From the NCBI GenBank assembly GCA_947585215.1, contig CANPWY010000001.1, forward strand, positions 1 to 62,806: 62,806 nucleotides of DNA. The letters run 5' to 3'. The stretch is from an uncultured Clostridia bacterium. GTDB lineage: Bacteria; Bacillota; Clostridia; Oscillospirales; JAAYOS01. Below, piece by piece: positions 51,984 to 61,279 of the stretch; position 1 is the stretch's first letter, and each line of letters begins with the position of its first letter. The notes under the pieces are model-generated. The model saw only the letters and a list, made by a program, of their open reading frames with translations, made no database searches and was not told where the DNA came from. The position numbers and the translations under genes were made by a program.

Positions 51984-52136
51984 TCAAATGACCTCGTAGG
52001 AGAAGTTTTCATACTTCACCCGGTCGCCCTCGTCCGCTTCCGGAAGCAGCGCGCGGGCGAGCAGACTCTCCGAGCCGTCCGCATCCGAGCGGAGCACGAG
52101 GTAGTCACCTTCGACGCGAATTACAGTGTAAATCAT
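51984..52136 (-). CDS. small DUF3006-like protein (50 aa)
   Basis: MIYTVIRVEGDYLVLRSDADGSESLLARALLPEADEGDRVKYENFSYEVI matches the pattern M.Y.V.R.EGD.aVLe..dG....v.r..LP..a.EGD. Below the ORF-track length cut-off. Confidence 0.55.
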   Translation of the reverse strand: MIYTVIRVEGDYLVLRSDADGSESLLARALLPEADEGDRVKYENFSYEVI

Positions 52137-52164
52137 GATCTCTCCGTGAAAAACGTCCGAAATA

Positions 52165-54054
52165 TTACTCAGCGTTGTCGCTTTCGGTCGATGTGGGCAG
52201 AGCGTGCGAGAACTCGTAGTCCGCTATCAGGACGCGGAACTCCTCGCCGGAGAGCGTCTCCTTTTCGAGGAGCGCCGTCGCGAGCGAGTCCATCAGCGGC
52301 AGGTTATCCGCGAGGATCTGCTTCGCGTCCGAGTGGCACTCGCGGATTATCTCGAGCACTTCCTCGTCGACCTTCGTGGCGGTCTCGAGGGAGCACTGCA
52401 TGCTCATGTCGTCCCCGAGGTAGGGGTTCGGGTTGGTGGCGAGCCCCATCATGTCGAAATGCTCGCTCATACCGTAGCGCGTGACCATATTCCGCGCGAG
52501 GTTTGTGGCCTTCTCGATGTCGTTTGAAGCGCCGCTCGAGACCGCGCCGAACTTTATCTCCTCGGCGGCGCGTCCGCCGCAGAGCTTCTTTATCTCGGTG
52601 AACGCCTCGTCCCGCATGAGGAGGTATCTGTCCTCCTCCGGCGCGTTCATCGTGAAACCGAGTGCGCCCATCGTGCGCGGGACTATCGTTATCTTCTGGA
52701 CGGGGTTTTCGGTGCCGCACTTGACGGCGACGAGCGCGTGGCCTATCTCGTGGTAGGCGACAAGGCGCTTCTCCTTGTCGCTGAGGACGGCGCTCTTCTT
52801 CTCCGCGCCGGCGAGCACGAGGTCGACCGAGCCGAGCAGGTCGCTCTGGCGGACGAACTTCCGCCCGTCGCGCACGGCTGCTATCGCCGCCTCGTTGACG
52901 ATGTTCGCGAGCTCCGCGCCGCTGACGCCGGCGGTCTGCTTGGCTATCGAGCCAAAGTCGACGTCCTCGCCGCAGCGGACGGTGCGCGCGTGGACCTTGA
53001 GTATCGCCTCACGTCCGGCGAGGTCGGGCATCTCGACGACTATGCGGCGGTCGAAGCGGCCGGGACGGAGCAGGGCCGGGTCGAGGACTTCGGGGCGGTT
53101 CGTCGCGGCGAGAATAATGACGCCCTTAGAGCTGTCGAAGCCGTCCATCTCACTGAGCAGCTGGTTCAGGGTCTGCTCGCGCTCGTCGTTGCCGCCGTAC
53201 TGGCCGGAGTTGCGGCTCTTGCCTATCGCGTCCACCTCGTCGATAAAGACGATGCAGGGCGCCTTCTCCATGGCCTGCTTGAAGAGGTCGCGCACGCGCG
53301 CGGCGCCGACGCCGACGAACATCTCGACAAAGTCCGAGCCGGTTATCGAGAAGAACGGAACGTGCGCCTCACCGGCGACCGCCTTCGCAAGCAAAGTCTT
53401 GCCGGTGCCGGGAGGGCCGACGAGCAGAGCACCCTTCGGAAGCTTCGCGCCTATCTCGGCGTAGATCTGCGGGCTCTTGAGGAAGCCGACGAGCTCCTTG
53501 AGGCTCTCCTTCGCCTCGTCCTGACCGGCGACGTCCTCAAAGGTCACGCCGGTGGACTCCTCGCCGTAAATCTTGGCGGTGTTCTTTCCGAAGCTCATCG
53601 CGCTTCCGGCTCCGCCGCCGCCCTGACGGGAGATCATCCGCATGATGAAGAAGAACGGCAGGAGCATTATCACCATCGGCAGAAGCCAGCTGATAAGAAT
53701 GGAAAGCCAGCTCTCCTGCTCAAAGACCGGCGTGAAGTGTACCCCGGCGGCGTAGAGCTTGTCGACAAGCCCCTCGTCCTCGCCGCTCATACGCATGACG
53801 CGGCAGACGCGCCCGCCGAGAGTCGAGTCGCTCTTCAGCTGGTAGAGTATATAGGTGTCGTAGACCTCGGCGACGTCTATCTCCTTTGCCGCCACCGAGT
53901 TAAGAAATACGTCGTAGCCGACGTCGGTTATCTGCGCCTCGCGCAGCATCGGCAGAATAAAGAGGTTCACGAACAGCACGAGAGCGATGACTATCGCGAG
54001 ATAGATTATCGTACTGCGCCTCTTCTTCTGCTGGTTGGGAAGCTTCATCTTCAT
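52165..54054 (-). CDS. ftsH: ATP-dependent zinc metalloprotease FtsH
   Basis: [20 protein letters not shown]alker [10 protein letters not shown] Walker B, the SRH region, and the HEIGHALV zinc site. Confidence 0.97.
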   Translation of the reverse strand: MKMKLPNQQKKRRSTIIYLAIVIALVLFVNLFILPMLREAQITDVGYDVFLNSVAAKEIDVAEVYDTYILYQLKSDSTLGGRVCRVMRMSGEDEGLVDKLYAAGVHFTPVFEQESWLSILISWLLPMVIMLLPFFFIMRMISRQGGGGAGSAMSFGKNTAKIYGEESTGVTFEDVAGQDEAKESLKELVGFLKSPQIYAEIGAKLPKGALLVGPPGTGKTLLAKAVAGEAHVPFFSITGSDFVEMFVGVGAARVRDLFKQAMEKAPCIVFIDEVDAIGKSRNSGQYGGNDEREQTLNQLLSEMDGFDSSKGVIILAATNRPEVLDPALLRPGRFDRRIVVEMPDLAGREAILKVHARTVRCGEDVDFGSIAKQTAGVSGAELANIVNEAAIAAVRDGRKFVRQSDLLGSVDLVLAGAEKKSAVLSDKEKRLVAYHEIGHALVAVKCGTENPVQKITIVPRTMGALGFTMNAPEEDRYLLMRDEAFTEIKKLCGGRAAEEIKFGAVSSGASNDIEKATNLARNMVTRYGMSEHFDMMGLATNPNPYLGDDMSMQCSLETATKVDEEVLEIIRECHSDAKQILADNLPLMDSLATALLEKETLSGEEFRVLIADYEFSHALPTSTESDNAE

Positions 54055-54246
54055 TTAAGTCCTCACAAAATATAAATTCGGCGAGCAGGCCGAGCCATAC
54101 GCCAAAATAATAGTATCACACATATCCCGGTTTGTCCAGAAAAAGCGAAAAGATTTACGGAATGTTCACGTTTTGGACATAATCAACCGGAAAAGGAAGC
54201 ACAGAGCGACCGCTCTGTGCTTCCGCAATGCTTTGCCGTCCTGCGA

Positions 54247-55395
54247 TCACTTCACGCTCGCACCGGCGATAAAGACTCTCTCGGGCTTTACGCCGAGGGC
54301 GAGCGGGTCGCCGGAGTAGAGGTTGATGTCAGCGTAGAAGCCAGGTTCGAGCTTGCCGACAGTGCCCGCGATGCGGGCGGCCTGCGCCGCCCAGACGGTG
54401 ATGGCGCGGAGCGCGTCGTCACGGCTCATGCCGGCGCAGTGCGCAAGCCCCGCGCACATCGGCAGGTACTGCTCGGGTATGACGTCATGGTCGGTGCAGA
54501 TGGCGGGCTCGAGGCCGGCCTTCGCGAGCACGACGGGATTGTCAAAGCTGAGGTGCGTTATCTCCGGTTTGGAGCGGCCGTGCAGCGACGGGCCGGTAAT
54601 GACGCTCGCATTCTCGCTCTTCAGCTCGTCGGCTATCAGGAGACCGTCGGTGCAGTGAACGATGGTGTAGTCGAGGTCAAATTCCTTGGCTATGCGTATC
54701 GCGGTAAAGATGTCGTCCGCGCGGTGGGCGTGGAAGTGCGCGACGAGCTCGCGCTTCACGACCGGCACGAGCGCCTCAAGCTTGAAGTCGAGCGGCGGGA
54801 GCTTTGTCGGGTCGTCTCCGGCGGCGTCCTTCTTTGCGGCGTACTCCTTGGCCTTGTACAGCGCCTCGCGGATGGTGGCGGCGGTGGCCATGCGGGTGGT
54901 CGGGGTACGGCCCTTGCTGTTGTAGACGCGCTTCGGGTTCTCACCGAGGGCGAACTTCATGCAGACCTCGGTCTTGACCGCCATGTTGTCTATCCGCTTG
55001 CCGTGGGTGTGGGTCGCGATAAAGCGGCCGCCTATCGGATTGGCGCTGCCAGGGCCGGTGACGACGGTGGTGACGCCGGCGTCCACAGCCTCGCCGAGGG
55101 TGCGGTCCATCGGGTTTATCGAGTCGACGGCGCGGAGGTGCGGGGTGACGGGATCGACGGCCTCGTTGATGTCCATGCTCTCAAAGCCGAGCGAGTCGCC
55201 CATGAGGCCGATGTGGGTGTGGGCGTCTATCCAGCCGGGGTAGGCGGTGAGGCCGGCGCCGTCTATGACCTCGCCGTAGCCGCCCGCGGGCGGATCGCCT
55301 GCGCCGACGGCGGCGATTTTGTCGCCGTCCGTGATTATGTAGCCGTGTTCGACGGTCTTGCCGTCGCTCCAGATCTTTATGTTCTTTATTACCAT
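54247..55395 (-). CDS. amidohydrolase-family metallo-hydrolase
   Basis: ..PGWIDAHTHIGL.. is the HxH metal motif. Start at MVIKNIKIW (ATG 55393-55395, AAAGGAG upstream). Confidence 0.8.
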   Translation of the reverse strand: MVIKNIKIWSDGKTVEHGYIITDGDKIAAVGAGDPPAGGYGEVIDGAGLTAYPGWIDAHTHIGLMGDSLGFESMDINEAVDPVTPHLRAVDSINPMDRTLGEAVDAGVTTVVTGPGSANPIGGRFIATHTHGKRIDNMAVKTEVCMKFALGENPKRVYNSKGRTPTTRMATAATIREALYKAKEYAAKKDAAGDDPTKLPPLDFKLEALVPVVKRELVAHFHAHRADDIFTAIRIAKEFDLDYTIVHCTDGLLIADELKSENASVITGPSLHGRSKPEITHLSFDNPVVLAKAGLEPAICTDHDVIPEQYLPMCAGLAHCAGMSRDDALRAITVWAAQAARIAGTVGKLEPGFYADINLYSGDPLALGVKPERVFIAGASVK

Positions 55396-55495
55396 ACCTG
55401 TGGCTCCTTTCGGCTGTGAATGAATAAACTGCCGCACAGCCCGCAAATTATAGAAATATTATACTACGTCCGTTCGGTTTTGTAAACAGCGAGTG

Positions 55496-56125
55496 TCAGC
55501 GGTGAAAGTCGCCCATGACAAGCTCGAGGATATGAACGGCCTTCCCGCCGCCCGCCTCTATGCCAAGGGTACAGCGGTTGCAGCAGGCGACGATGTACTC
55601 AGTGTCAAACTTCGCGACCTCTTCGCGCATAAGGGCCTCCTCGACCTCGCGCGGCATCTCGAATATCCGCTTTCCCGGGTACTGTGCAAGCAGGGCGACG
55701 TTCTCCGGCTTCCTCGGCTCGAAGTGGAGGTTTCCGCAGAAGACCGAGTTTGCCCCCGCGTCCTCCGGCTCCCGGACGGATATATTCATCTTCTTCAGCA
55801 GACTACGAACGGCGCGGTGTACCTCGGGGTGCTCGCGGTCGCGCCAACAGTCCTGTACGCCGACGGTGAGACCGGAGCAGTCGGGGAAGGGGAATTCATC
55901 GTCCGCGTCAAAGTATTCGTACACGCTCATGAGCGGGAGACGCCCGTCAAGGGTCTCGCGGCACGCCTGACAGTGGTAGAGACCGACCTCGCCCGAGGCG
56001 TACTCGTTTTTGTCAAAGCGACAGCATCCCGCTGTCGGCATGCGCTCCGAGAGTAGCGCGCGGAGCTTCCTCGCGGTCTCGGGGCGCATTTTCGTGAAGT
56101 TACAGCTCGGGAAGTAGACGTACAT
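55496..56125 (-). CDS. Cys-rich (CCG-like) domain protein, function unknown
   Basis: 209 aa with a strong GGAGG RBS. Cys clusters are PSCN..GCC.., ..HCQAC.., ..FCGN.. and ..ACCNRC.. The assignment is tentative. Confidence 0.55.
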   Translation of the reverse strand: MYVYFPSCNFTKMRPETARKLRALLSERMPTAGCCRFDKNEYASGEVGLYHCQACRETLDGRLPLMSVYEYFDADDEFPFPDCSGLTVGVQDCWRDREHPEVHRAVRSLLKKMNISVREPEDAGANSVFCGNLHFEPRKPENVALLAQYPGKRIFEMPREVEEALMREEVAKFDTEYIVACCNRCTLGIEAGGGKAVHILELVMGDFHR

Positions 56126-56143
56126 ATCAGATCCTCCTTGCGG

Positions 56144-56953
56144 TTATCGCGCGTCCGCGCGGCGAAGCTCCTCCTCGAGGACGTCCGCGAAGCGCTGAAT
56201 GTCCGGCCCGAGCGTGTCCACTCGGGCGGCGACGTCCTCGCGCGCGAAGAGCGCCGGGTTCCGGCGGACGTCGAGCGCGAGCGTGAGCGCCTCCGGCACG
56301 GGACAGATACCGTCCTCGAGCGCGCGCTCGCCGGCGAGAGTCTTCGGCAGGACTTCGCCGGTGCGGAGGGTGTAGATGCCCCTCGCAATATCGAGGAGCC
56401 ACCCGAAGGTGTAGAGACTGCGCCCCGTCGTGGAGCCGTACATGCGGATGCTCTCGAAGTGACGCCGCACGTCGCGGCGGAGATCGGAGTATGACGGCGG
56501 CGTCAGCGCGGCGCGGACGTCCGCGCCGCAGAGCAGTCGCCCGAAGTGCAGAAGCTCGTACATGCAGAAGCTGTCGAAGCGGTACGCGTCGGTGACGCGC
56601 TCGCCGCTCGTACCCCAGCAGACGACGCGGTCGGGAGAGCCGTCGAGAAAAGATTTGAGCGTCAGCATCCCGCCCTCGAAGGAGCGGTAATACGGGTCGT
56701 CCGGCTCGCGTGCGAGCATCGTCTGTCGGAGCGTGACGAGCCGCGCGGCCTGCTCCTCCGTTATTTTCTTTTCGGTGAGGACAAGTATGTCTATGTCGCT
56801 CCAGCCGAGCCGAAAGTCGTCCATGACGCAGGAGCCGTAGAGGTAGACCGACGGCGCGGCTCCGTCGAGGATCTCCGCTATCGCCGAGGTCATCTTTTGG
56901 ACGGACTCCTCGCGGCGGCGCTCTTCGGCGGGAGCGTTTGTGTTCACTATCAC
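56144..56953 (-). CDS. nucleotidyltransferase-domain protein (aminoglycoside adenylyltransferase-like)
   Basis: ..VYLYGSCVMDDFRLGWSDIDILVLT.. is the G-S..D-x-D nucleotidyltransferase motif. The start is ambiguous (GTG 56953 or ATG 56893). Confidence 0.65.
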   Translation of the reverse strand: MIVNTNAPAEERRREESVQKMTSAIAEILDGAAPSVYLYGSCVMDDFRLGWSDIDILVLTEKKITEEQAARLVTLRQTMLAREPDDPYYRSFEGGMLTLKSFLDGSPDRVVCWGTSGERVTDAYRFDSFCMYELLHFGRLLCGADVRAALTPPSYSDLRRDVRRHFESIRMYGSTTGRSLYTFGWLLDIARGIYTLRTGEVLPKTLAGERALEDGICPVPEALTLALDVRRNPALFAREDVAARVDTLGPDIQRFADVLEEELRRADAR

Positions 56954-56963
56954 GGCTCGGCGC

Positions 56964-57884
56964 TCAGTGTCCGCCGAGCCACTCGCAGGCGCGGGTCGCG
57001 GCGACGGCGCCGTCCGCGCAGGCGGTGACTATCTGGAATATCGGCTTCCGGCGGAGGTCGCCCGCGACGAACAGCCCGTCCCCGACGGTGCAGTTCTCGT
57101 CCACAGCGGCGTATCCTCCGTCGTCAAGCGGGACGTTCCAGCCGAGCCACGCGCTCTCGGGCACGGTCCCGACCGCGACGAAGACGCCGGCGCAGTCTAT
57201 CCTCTCGTCCGCGCCGCCCTTCAGGTCCTCGAGGGTGAGGCCGCTCACCATCCCGTCCGTGCCGTGTATCTCGCGGACGCGGCGGAACAGCTTCCACTCT
57301 ATGTTCGGCGTCGCCTTAGCGCGCTCGACGAGCGTGCCCTCGGCGCGGAAGCCGTCGCGGCGGTGTATGAGCGTAACCTTGCGGCAGATGCGGGAGAGGT
57401 AGAGCGCGTCCTCAAAGGCGACCGAGCCTCCGCCCACAACCGCGACGTCTCGCCCGCGGAAGAAACCGCCGTCGCAGGTCGCGCAGTAGCTGACGCCCAT
57501 GCCGGCGTACTCCTCCTCGCCGGGGCATCCGAGCTTGCGGCGCACTGCGCCGGTCGCGGCTATGACCGCGCGGCTGAGCAGTTCGCCCTTGCTCGTCTCG
57601 AGCACCCAGACGCCGTCCTCGCGGCGGGAGAGGCTCTTCACGCCGGCGCGGCGTATCTCCGCGCCGAGGTGCTCCGCCTGCTCGCGCATCTTTCCGGCGA
57701 GCTCGCCGCCGTCTATCGAGAGAAAGCCGGGGTAGTTCTCTATATCGACGGTCTGCGAGACCTGCCCGCCGACGCCGAGCGTCTCGAGTATCACCGGCTG
57801 CACGCCCGCCCGCGCCGCATATATCCCGGCGGTGAGACCGGCGGGACCGGCGCCGACTATCACGAGTTCAAGAATATCACTCAT
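56964..57884 (-). CDS. trxB: thioredoxin-disulfide reductase
   Basis: VIVGAGPAGLTAGIYAARAG FAD motif, CATCDG redox centre, VAVVGGG NADPH motif. Confidence 0.95.
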   Translation of the reverse strand: MSDILELVIVGAGPAGLTAGIYAARAGVQPVILETLGVGGQVSQTVDIENYPGFLSIDGGELAGKMREQAEHLGAEIRRAGVKSLSRREDGVWVLETSKGELLSRAVIAATGAVRRKLGCPGEEEYAGMGVSYCATCDGGFFRGRDVAVVGGGSVAFEDALYLSRICRKVTLIHRRDGFRAEGTLVERAKATPNIEWKLFRRVREIHGTDGMVSGLTLEDLKGGADERIDCAGVFVAVGTVPESAWLGWNVPLDDGGYAAVDENCTVGDGLFVAGDLRRKPIFQIVTACADGAVAATRACEWLGGH

Positions 57885-58085
57885 AAGAAAACCTCCTATA
57901 TTTCGACAAAAGTCGTCATTTTAAGCTCTTTACAAGGGTATAAAGTTATGATATTATAATGTCACGGCTTATCCCCGTAGGCCGCCGAGGCGGCCGGCAA
58001 GTTCATATCTTTATCCCACAACCCAACTCACTGGGGCGCTTCCGAGAGATCGGCAAGCGCCCGCTTTTTATCCGATTTTGCCGTC

Positions 58086-58113
58086 AAAAGGGCACGGAGT
58101 TGCCTCCGTGCCC
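58086..58113 (-). terminator. Rho-independent terminator after the S1-domain gene
   Basis: GGGCACGGAG-TTGC-CTCCGTGCCC stem. The A4 run at 58086-58089 gives a U-tract on the minus strand. Confidence 0.7.
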
Positions 58114-58136
58114 TATATGTTTTCCGAAGAAAGGCT

Positions 58137-58598
58137 TTACATACCGCCCCTGCCGCCTCTGCGGCGGTTCTTCTTTGCGGCGTAGAGGCCGGAGCCCGCG
58201 AGGTTCTTCTTGGACTCCTGCATGAAGTGGCTGAGACGTTCCTCAAATGCCTCCTGCCCGGTGAGCGGAGCCTGCGCCTGAGGCTGGGGCGCCGCAAACT
58301 CGGAGCGCTGCCGCGGCGGACGCTCCTGAGAGGAGCGCGCGGGACGCTCGGGACGTTCCGGAGGCGGCAGAGCCTTCTTGATGGAAAGGCTTATCCTTCC
58401 GCCCTCACCGGTGGAGACGACCTTGACCGTGACCCTGTCGCCGACCTTCAGGTGCTCGTTTATGTCCGTGACGTAGGTGTTCGCGACCTCGGAGATATGT
58501 ACAAGCCCCGTCTCGCCCGAGTCAAGCTGTACGAACGCGCCGAACGCGGCTATTTTAACGACCTTGCCCTCTAACTTCTGCCCAACTTCAACCGCCAT
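58137..58598 (-). CDS. S1 RNA-binding domain protein (YabR/YugI-like)
   Basis: ..GQKLEGKVVKIAAFGAFVQLDSGETGLVHISEVANTYV..VGDRVTVKVV.. S1 fold with a basic tail. It has the conserved position after divIC. Confidence 0.9.
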   Translation of the reverse strand: MAVEVGQKLEGKVVKIAAFGAFVQLDSGETGLVHISEVANTYVTDINEHLKVGDRVTVKVVSTGEGGRISLSIKKALPPPERPERPARSSQERPPRQRSEFAAPQPQAQAPLTGQEAFEERLSHFMQESKKNLAGSGLYAAKKNRRRGGRGGM

Positions 58599-58619
58599 AT
58601 ATGTCAGTTCGCCCTTTCC

Positions 58620-58898
58620 TTAATTGGATACATCGTAGAAGATGATCTCATTTGAGCTGACATACCCCAACTCGTCCCGCGCGGCGTCCGCTATGGTATC
58701 CTCGCTCGCGGCGGAATCAAGAAGTTCCTGCACGATGGAGTTTTCGCGCTTCTGCCGGTCTATTTCGAGCCGAACCGCCGCCTGGCGTTCTTCCGCGTCG
58801 CGAATGTCGAGGCGGAGCTTCACTATCGTCACCGCGCCCCAGACGGCTATAACGAGGACCGCTATCCGCAGCAGCAGACTTACGCGCCTTCTCTTCAT
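58620..58898 (-). CDS. divIC: septum formation initiator (DivIC/FtsB family)
   Basis: MKRRRVSLLLRIAVLVIAVWGAVTIV TM segment followed by a coiled coil. ATG 58896-58898 has AAGGAGG 8 nt upstream. Confidence 0.8.
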   Translation of the reverse strand: MKRRRVSLLLRIAVLVIAVWGAVTIVKLRLDIRDAEERQAAVRLEIDRQKRENSIVQELLDSAASEDTIADAARDELGYVSSNEIIFYDVSN

Positions 58899-59382
58899 CG
58901 CCGGAACCTCCTTCATTTACGGTATATGTCAAATCTATCATACACCTTTTTTTGTCGGAAGGAAAGAGTTTTTTTGAGTATTTCTCAAAAAGTTTTCGAG
59001 CTTTTCCGAGCACTGCCGCCGTCCGACTCACGAGAAGACGGAACGGAAGCAGCATTTTGCCTATAAGGAAGATGACGGCGGCGAGAAGCTTGTACCCCGT
59101 GCGGAGCAGAAGAGGGCTGAGCGTGAGACCATACAGGACGAGGCCGCAGCCGAGCCCGATGAGCGCGTAGAGGCGCAGCTCACCGCCGAGGGTGCGCATC
59201 ACGAGCGCGGCGGCGGTGACTGCGGCGACGACCCAGAAAAGGATGTCACATATCACCGTGACGGCTGTGCTTCGGAACCTGCCGCGGAATATCCGCCCGA
59301 CGTCGTACACCGCGCCGAGGAGCGCGCCCGCGAGCGCGCAGACGGCAAACGCCCGCACCTGTTCGCTTATTACGAGCTCCAT
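58717..59382 (-). CDS. yabQ: spore cortex biosynthesis protein YabQ-like
   Basis: The hydrophobic N-terminal 110 aa resemble YabQ and sit directly after yabP (TAATG overlap). The Arg-rich tail runs 182 nt into divIC in another frame, so the true 3' end is uncertain. Confidence 0.65.
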   Translation of the reverse strand: MELVISEQVRAFAVCALAGALLGAVYDVGRIFRGRFRSTAVTVICDILFWVVAAVTAAALVMRTLGGELRLYALIGLGCGLVLYGLTLSPLLLRTGYKLLAAVIFLIGKMLLPFRLLVSRTAAVLGKARKLFEKYSKKLFPSDKKRCMIDLTYTVNEGGSGDEEKARKSAAADSGPRYSRLGRGDDSEAPPRHSRRGRTPGGGSARNRPAEARKLHRAGTS

Positions 59383-59660
59383 TATCCGAACAGCCGCCGG
59401 AAGAACCCGCCGCCGGTGCTCCGCTCCTCCTCGTACTCGAGCGAGGACACCTCGCCCTCTATGACGAGCTCGCCCATATCAAGACTCAGCCGCTCGATGT
59501 GCAGACCCGCTCCGTGTATGACGAGCAGTCCGCGCGAAGTGTCCGCGACGATGCTCGCCTCGTCGAAGCTCGATACGTCCTGCACTCCGGTGACGCTCAG
59601 GTGCTCGCGCTCGTCGAGCACGAGGCTGTGCGGCATCTCCGCCATGTTTTCGTTTGGCAT
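59382..59660 (-). CDS. yabP: sporulation protein YabP
   Basis: ..HSLVLDEREHLSVTGVQDVSSFDE..LVIHGAGLHIERLSLD.GELVIEGEV..L.Y is the YabP pattern. Confidence 0.88.
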   Translation of the reverse strand: MPNENMAEMPHSLVLDEREHLSVTGVQDVSSFDEASIVADTSRGLLVIHGAGLHIERLSLDMGELVIEGEVSSLEYEEERSTGGGFFRRLFG

Positions 59661-59715
59661 AGACTCACCTCCTCGGATGAGTCTATGCGGCCGAGCCGCG
59701 GGATAGAAGTACAGG

Positions 59716-59961
59716 CTAGTCGCGGAGCTCGCGGTACATCACGGGCGCGTCCGCCTTGGTCGCGTTTTCGGTGACGGCTATGACCTCGACCTTGACCCCG
59801 CGCGCGCCGAGGCGTATCTCTATGACGTCCCCGGGGGAGACGGAATAGCTCGCGCGCGCCGGCTTGCCGTTGACAAGGACGCGCTCCGCGTCGCACGCTT
59901 CGTTTGCGACGGTGCGGCGCTTTATCAGCCGCGATACCTTCAGATATTTGTCAAGACGCAA
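59716..59961 (-). CDS. S4-domain RNA-binding protein (YabO/Hsp15-like)
   Basis: (M)RLDKYLKVSRLIKRRTVANEA..RVLVNGKPARASY.V.PGDVIEI. TTG start at 59961 has GGAGGG 7 nt upstream. Confidence 0.88.
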   Translation of the reverse strand: MRLDKYLKVSRLIKRRTVANEACDAERVLVNGKPARASYSVSPGDVIEIRLGARGVKVEVIAVTENATKADAPVMYRELRD

Positions 59962-60033
59962 GATGTTTCCCTCCGTTGAGGATAAATATGCCGCCGCAAA
60001 AAGCTTGCGGCGGCATTGAAAGATTGCTTTTGC

Positions 60034-60309
60034 TTACTTTGCAATGGCGTCCTTGAGACCCTTGCCGGCCTTGAAGACCGGAGCCTTGGACGCGGGAATC
60101 TCAATGCTCTCTTTGGTGCGCGGGTTGCGGCCGGTGCGGGCGGAGCGCTCCTTGACTTCGAAGGTGCCGAAGCCAACGAGAACTACCTTGTCACCGCTCT
60201 TGAGCGAGTCGGCTATGACGTCGGTAAAAGCCGCGACGGCCTTGTCGGCGTCCTTCTTGGAAAGACCGGTACGCTCGGCGACAGCGTTGACGATATCTGC
60301 CTTGTTCAT
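60034..60309 (-). CDS. hup: HU family DNA-binding protein
   Basis: MNKADIVNAVAERTGLSKKDADKAV..FGTFEVKERSARTGRNPRT.E.I.IPASK.P.FKAGK. Confidence 0.97.
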   Translation of the reverse strand: MNKADIVNAVAERTGLSKKDADKAVAAFTDVIADSLKSGDKVVLVGFGTFEVKERSARTGRNPRTKESIEIPASKAPVFKAGKGLKDAIAK

Positions 60310-60421
60310 GTTACATTCCTCCTGCGTTTTTTGGGAAATCCTTGATTATTCTTCACGGGACGGGAACCGTCCCGATGAATACTTCCGAAACCGGACGAAC
60401 ACCTCCGCGCGGCGTCTCCGA

Positions 60422-61183
60422 TCACAGACCTTCGCGCTTTGCTTCGTCCCAGAGCTCGCTCTGGCGCTCCTCGCTCATCTCCGAGAGATCGCCGCCGGTG
60501 CGCTCGACATAGTCGAAGCGCCGCGCGAACTTGTCACAGCTGAGCTCGAGCGCACGCTCGGGGTCGACGCCCTTCGCCCTTGCGACGTTGACGGCGGCAA
60601 ACAGCAGATCGCCGACCTCGTCCTCGGCGGAGCGACGCCCGGTCGAGGCGCGGCACTCTTCGATCTCCTCGGCAAGGTCGCTCCACGGCTCGCGCAGTCT
60701 GAAGCCGCTCTTGGCCGCGCGGGACTGCATCTTCTCCGCGCGGAGGAGCGACGGAAGCGAGCGCGCCACGGTGCTCACCGTCTTGCGGTAGGTGCCGCCC
60801 TTGTCCTCACGCTTGATGTTGTCCCACGTGGCGAGGACTTCACCGGCGGTCTCCGCACTAACGTCTCCGAAGACGTGCGGGTGGCGGTGAATGAGCTTCT
60901 TGCACTCCGCATCGCAAACCGCGTTGATGTCAAACGACCCCTGCTCCTCCTCCATGAGGGCGTGGAACACGACCTGGAGCAGTACGTCCCCGAGCTCCTC
61001 GAGGAGCAGTGCGCGGTCGCCGGTGTCAATAGCTTCGCACGCTTCGTAGGCTTCTTCTATCATGCTCTGCCTGATAGACTCGTGAGTCTGTTCACTGTCC
61101 CACGGACATTCCGCCCTGAGGACGACCATCAGACGCACCAGATCGTCGAAACCGTACGAATCCTTGTAATCAAAATCTATCAC
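60422..61183 (-). CDS. mazG: MazG-family nucleoside triphosphate pyrophosphohydrolase
   Basis: ..LRAECPWDSEQTHESIRQSMIEEAYE..EELGDVLLQVVFH.. The domain pattern is duplicated. Confidence 0.92.
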   Translation of the reverse strand: MIDFDYKDSYGFDDLVRLMVVLRAECPWDSEQTHESIRQSMIEEAYEACEAIDTGDRALLLEELGDVLLQVVFHALMEEEQGSFDINAVCDAECKKLIHRHPHVFGDVSAETAGEVLATWDNIKREDKGGTYRKTVSTVARSLPSLLRAEKMQSRAAKSGFRLREPWSDLAEEIEECRASTGRRSAEDEVGDLLFAAVNVARAKGVDPERALELSCDKFARRFDYVERTGGDLSEMSEERQSELWDEAKREGL

Positions 61184-61279
61184 ATCTTCACCCCATTTGC
61201 AAGCATTTTTCGATAGTTTTTTCTTTTCATCTATAAAATTCTCACCACGGAGGCGAGCATTTCATCTTATTTTATCCTT

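Noticed and set aside
52738-54075. 445-aa plus-strand ORF
   Set aside because: It is antisense to ftsH.
54217-55419. 400-aa plus-strand ORF
   Set aside because: It is antisense to the amidohydrolase gene. It is Gly/Ala/Val/Arg-rich with no motifs.
56940-57959. 339-aa plus-strand ORF
   Set aside because: It is antisense to trxB.
58034-58069. Plus-strand terminator-like hairpin (GGGCGCTT/AAGCGCCC + TTTTT) suggesting a small RNA between trxB and the S1 gene
   Set aside because: There is no convincing plus-strand promoter or gene upstream. It may just be part of the trxB promoter region or a bidirectional element. The evidence is insufficient.
60044-61216. 390-aa plus-strand ORF
   Set aside because: It is antisense to hup and mazG, both unambiguous on the minus strand.
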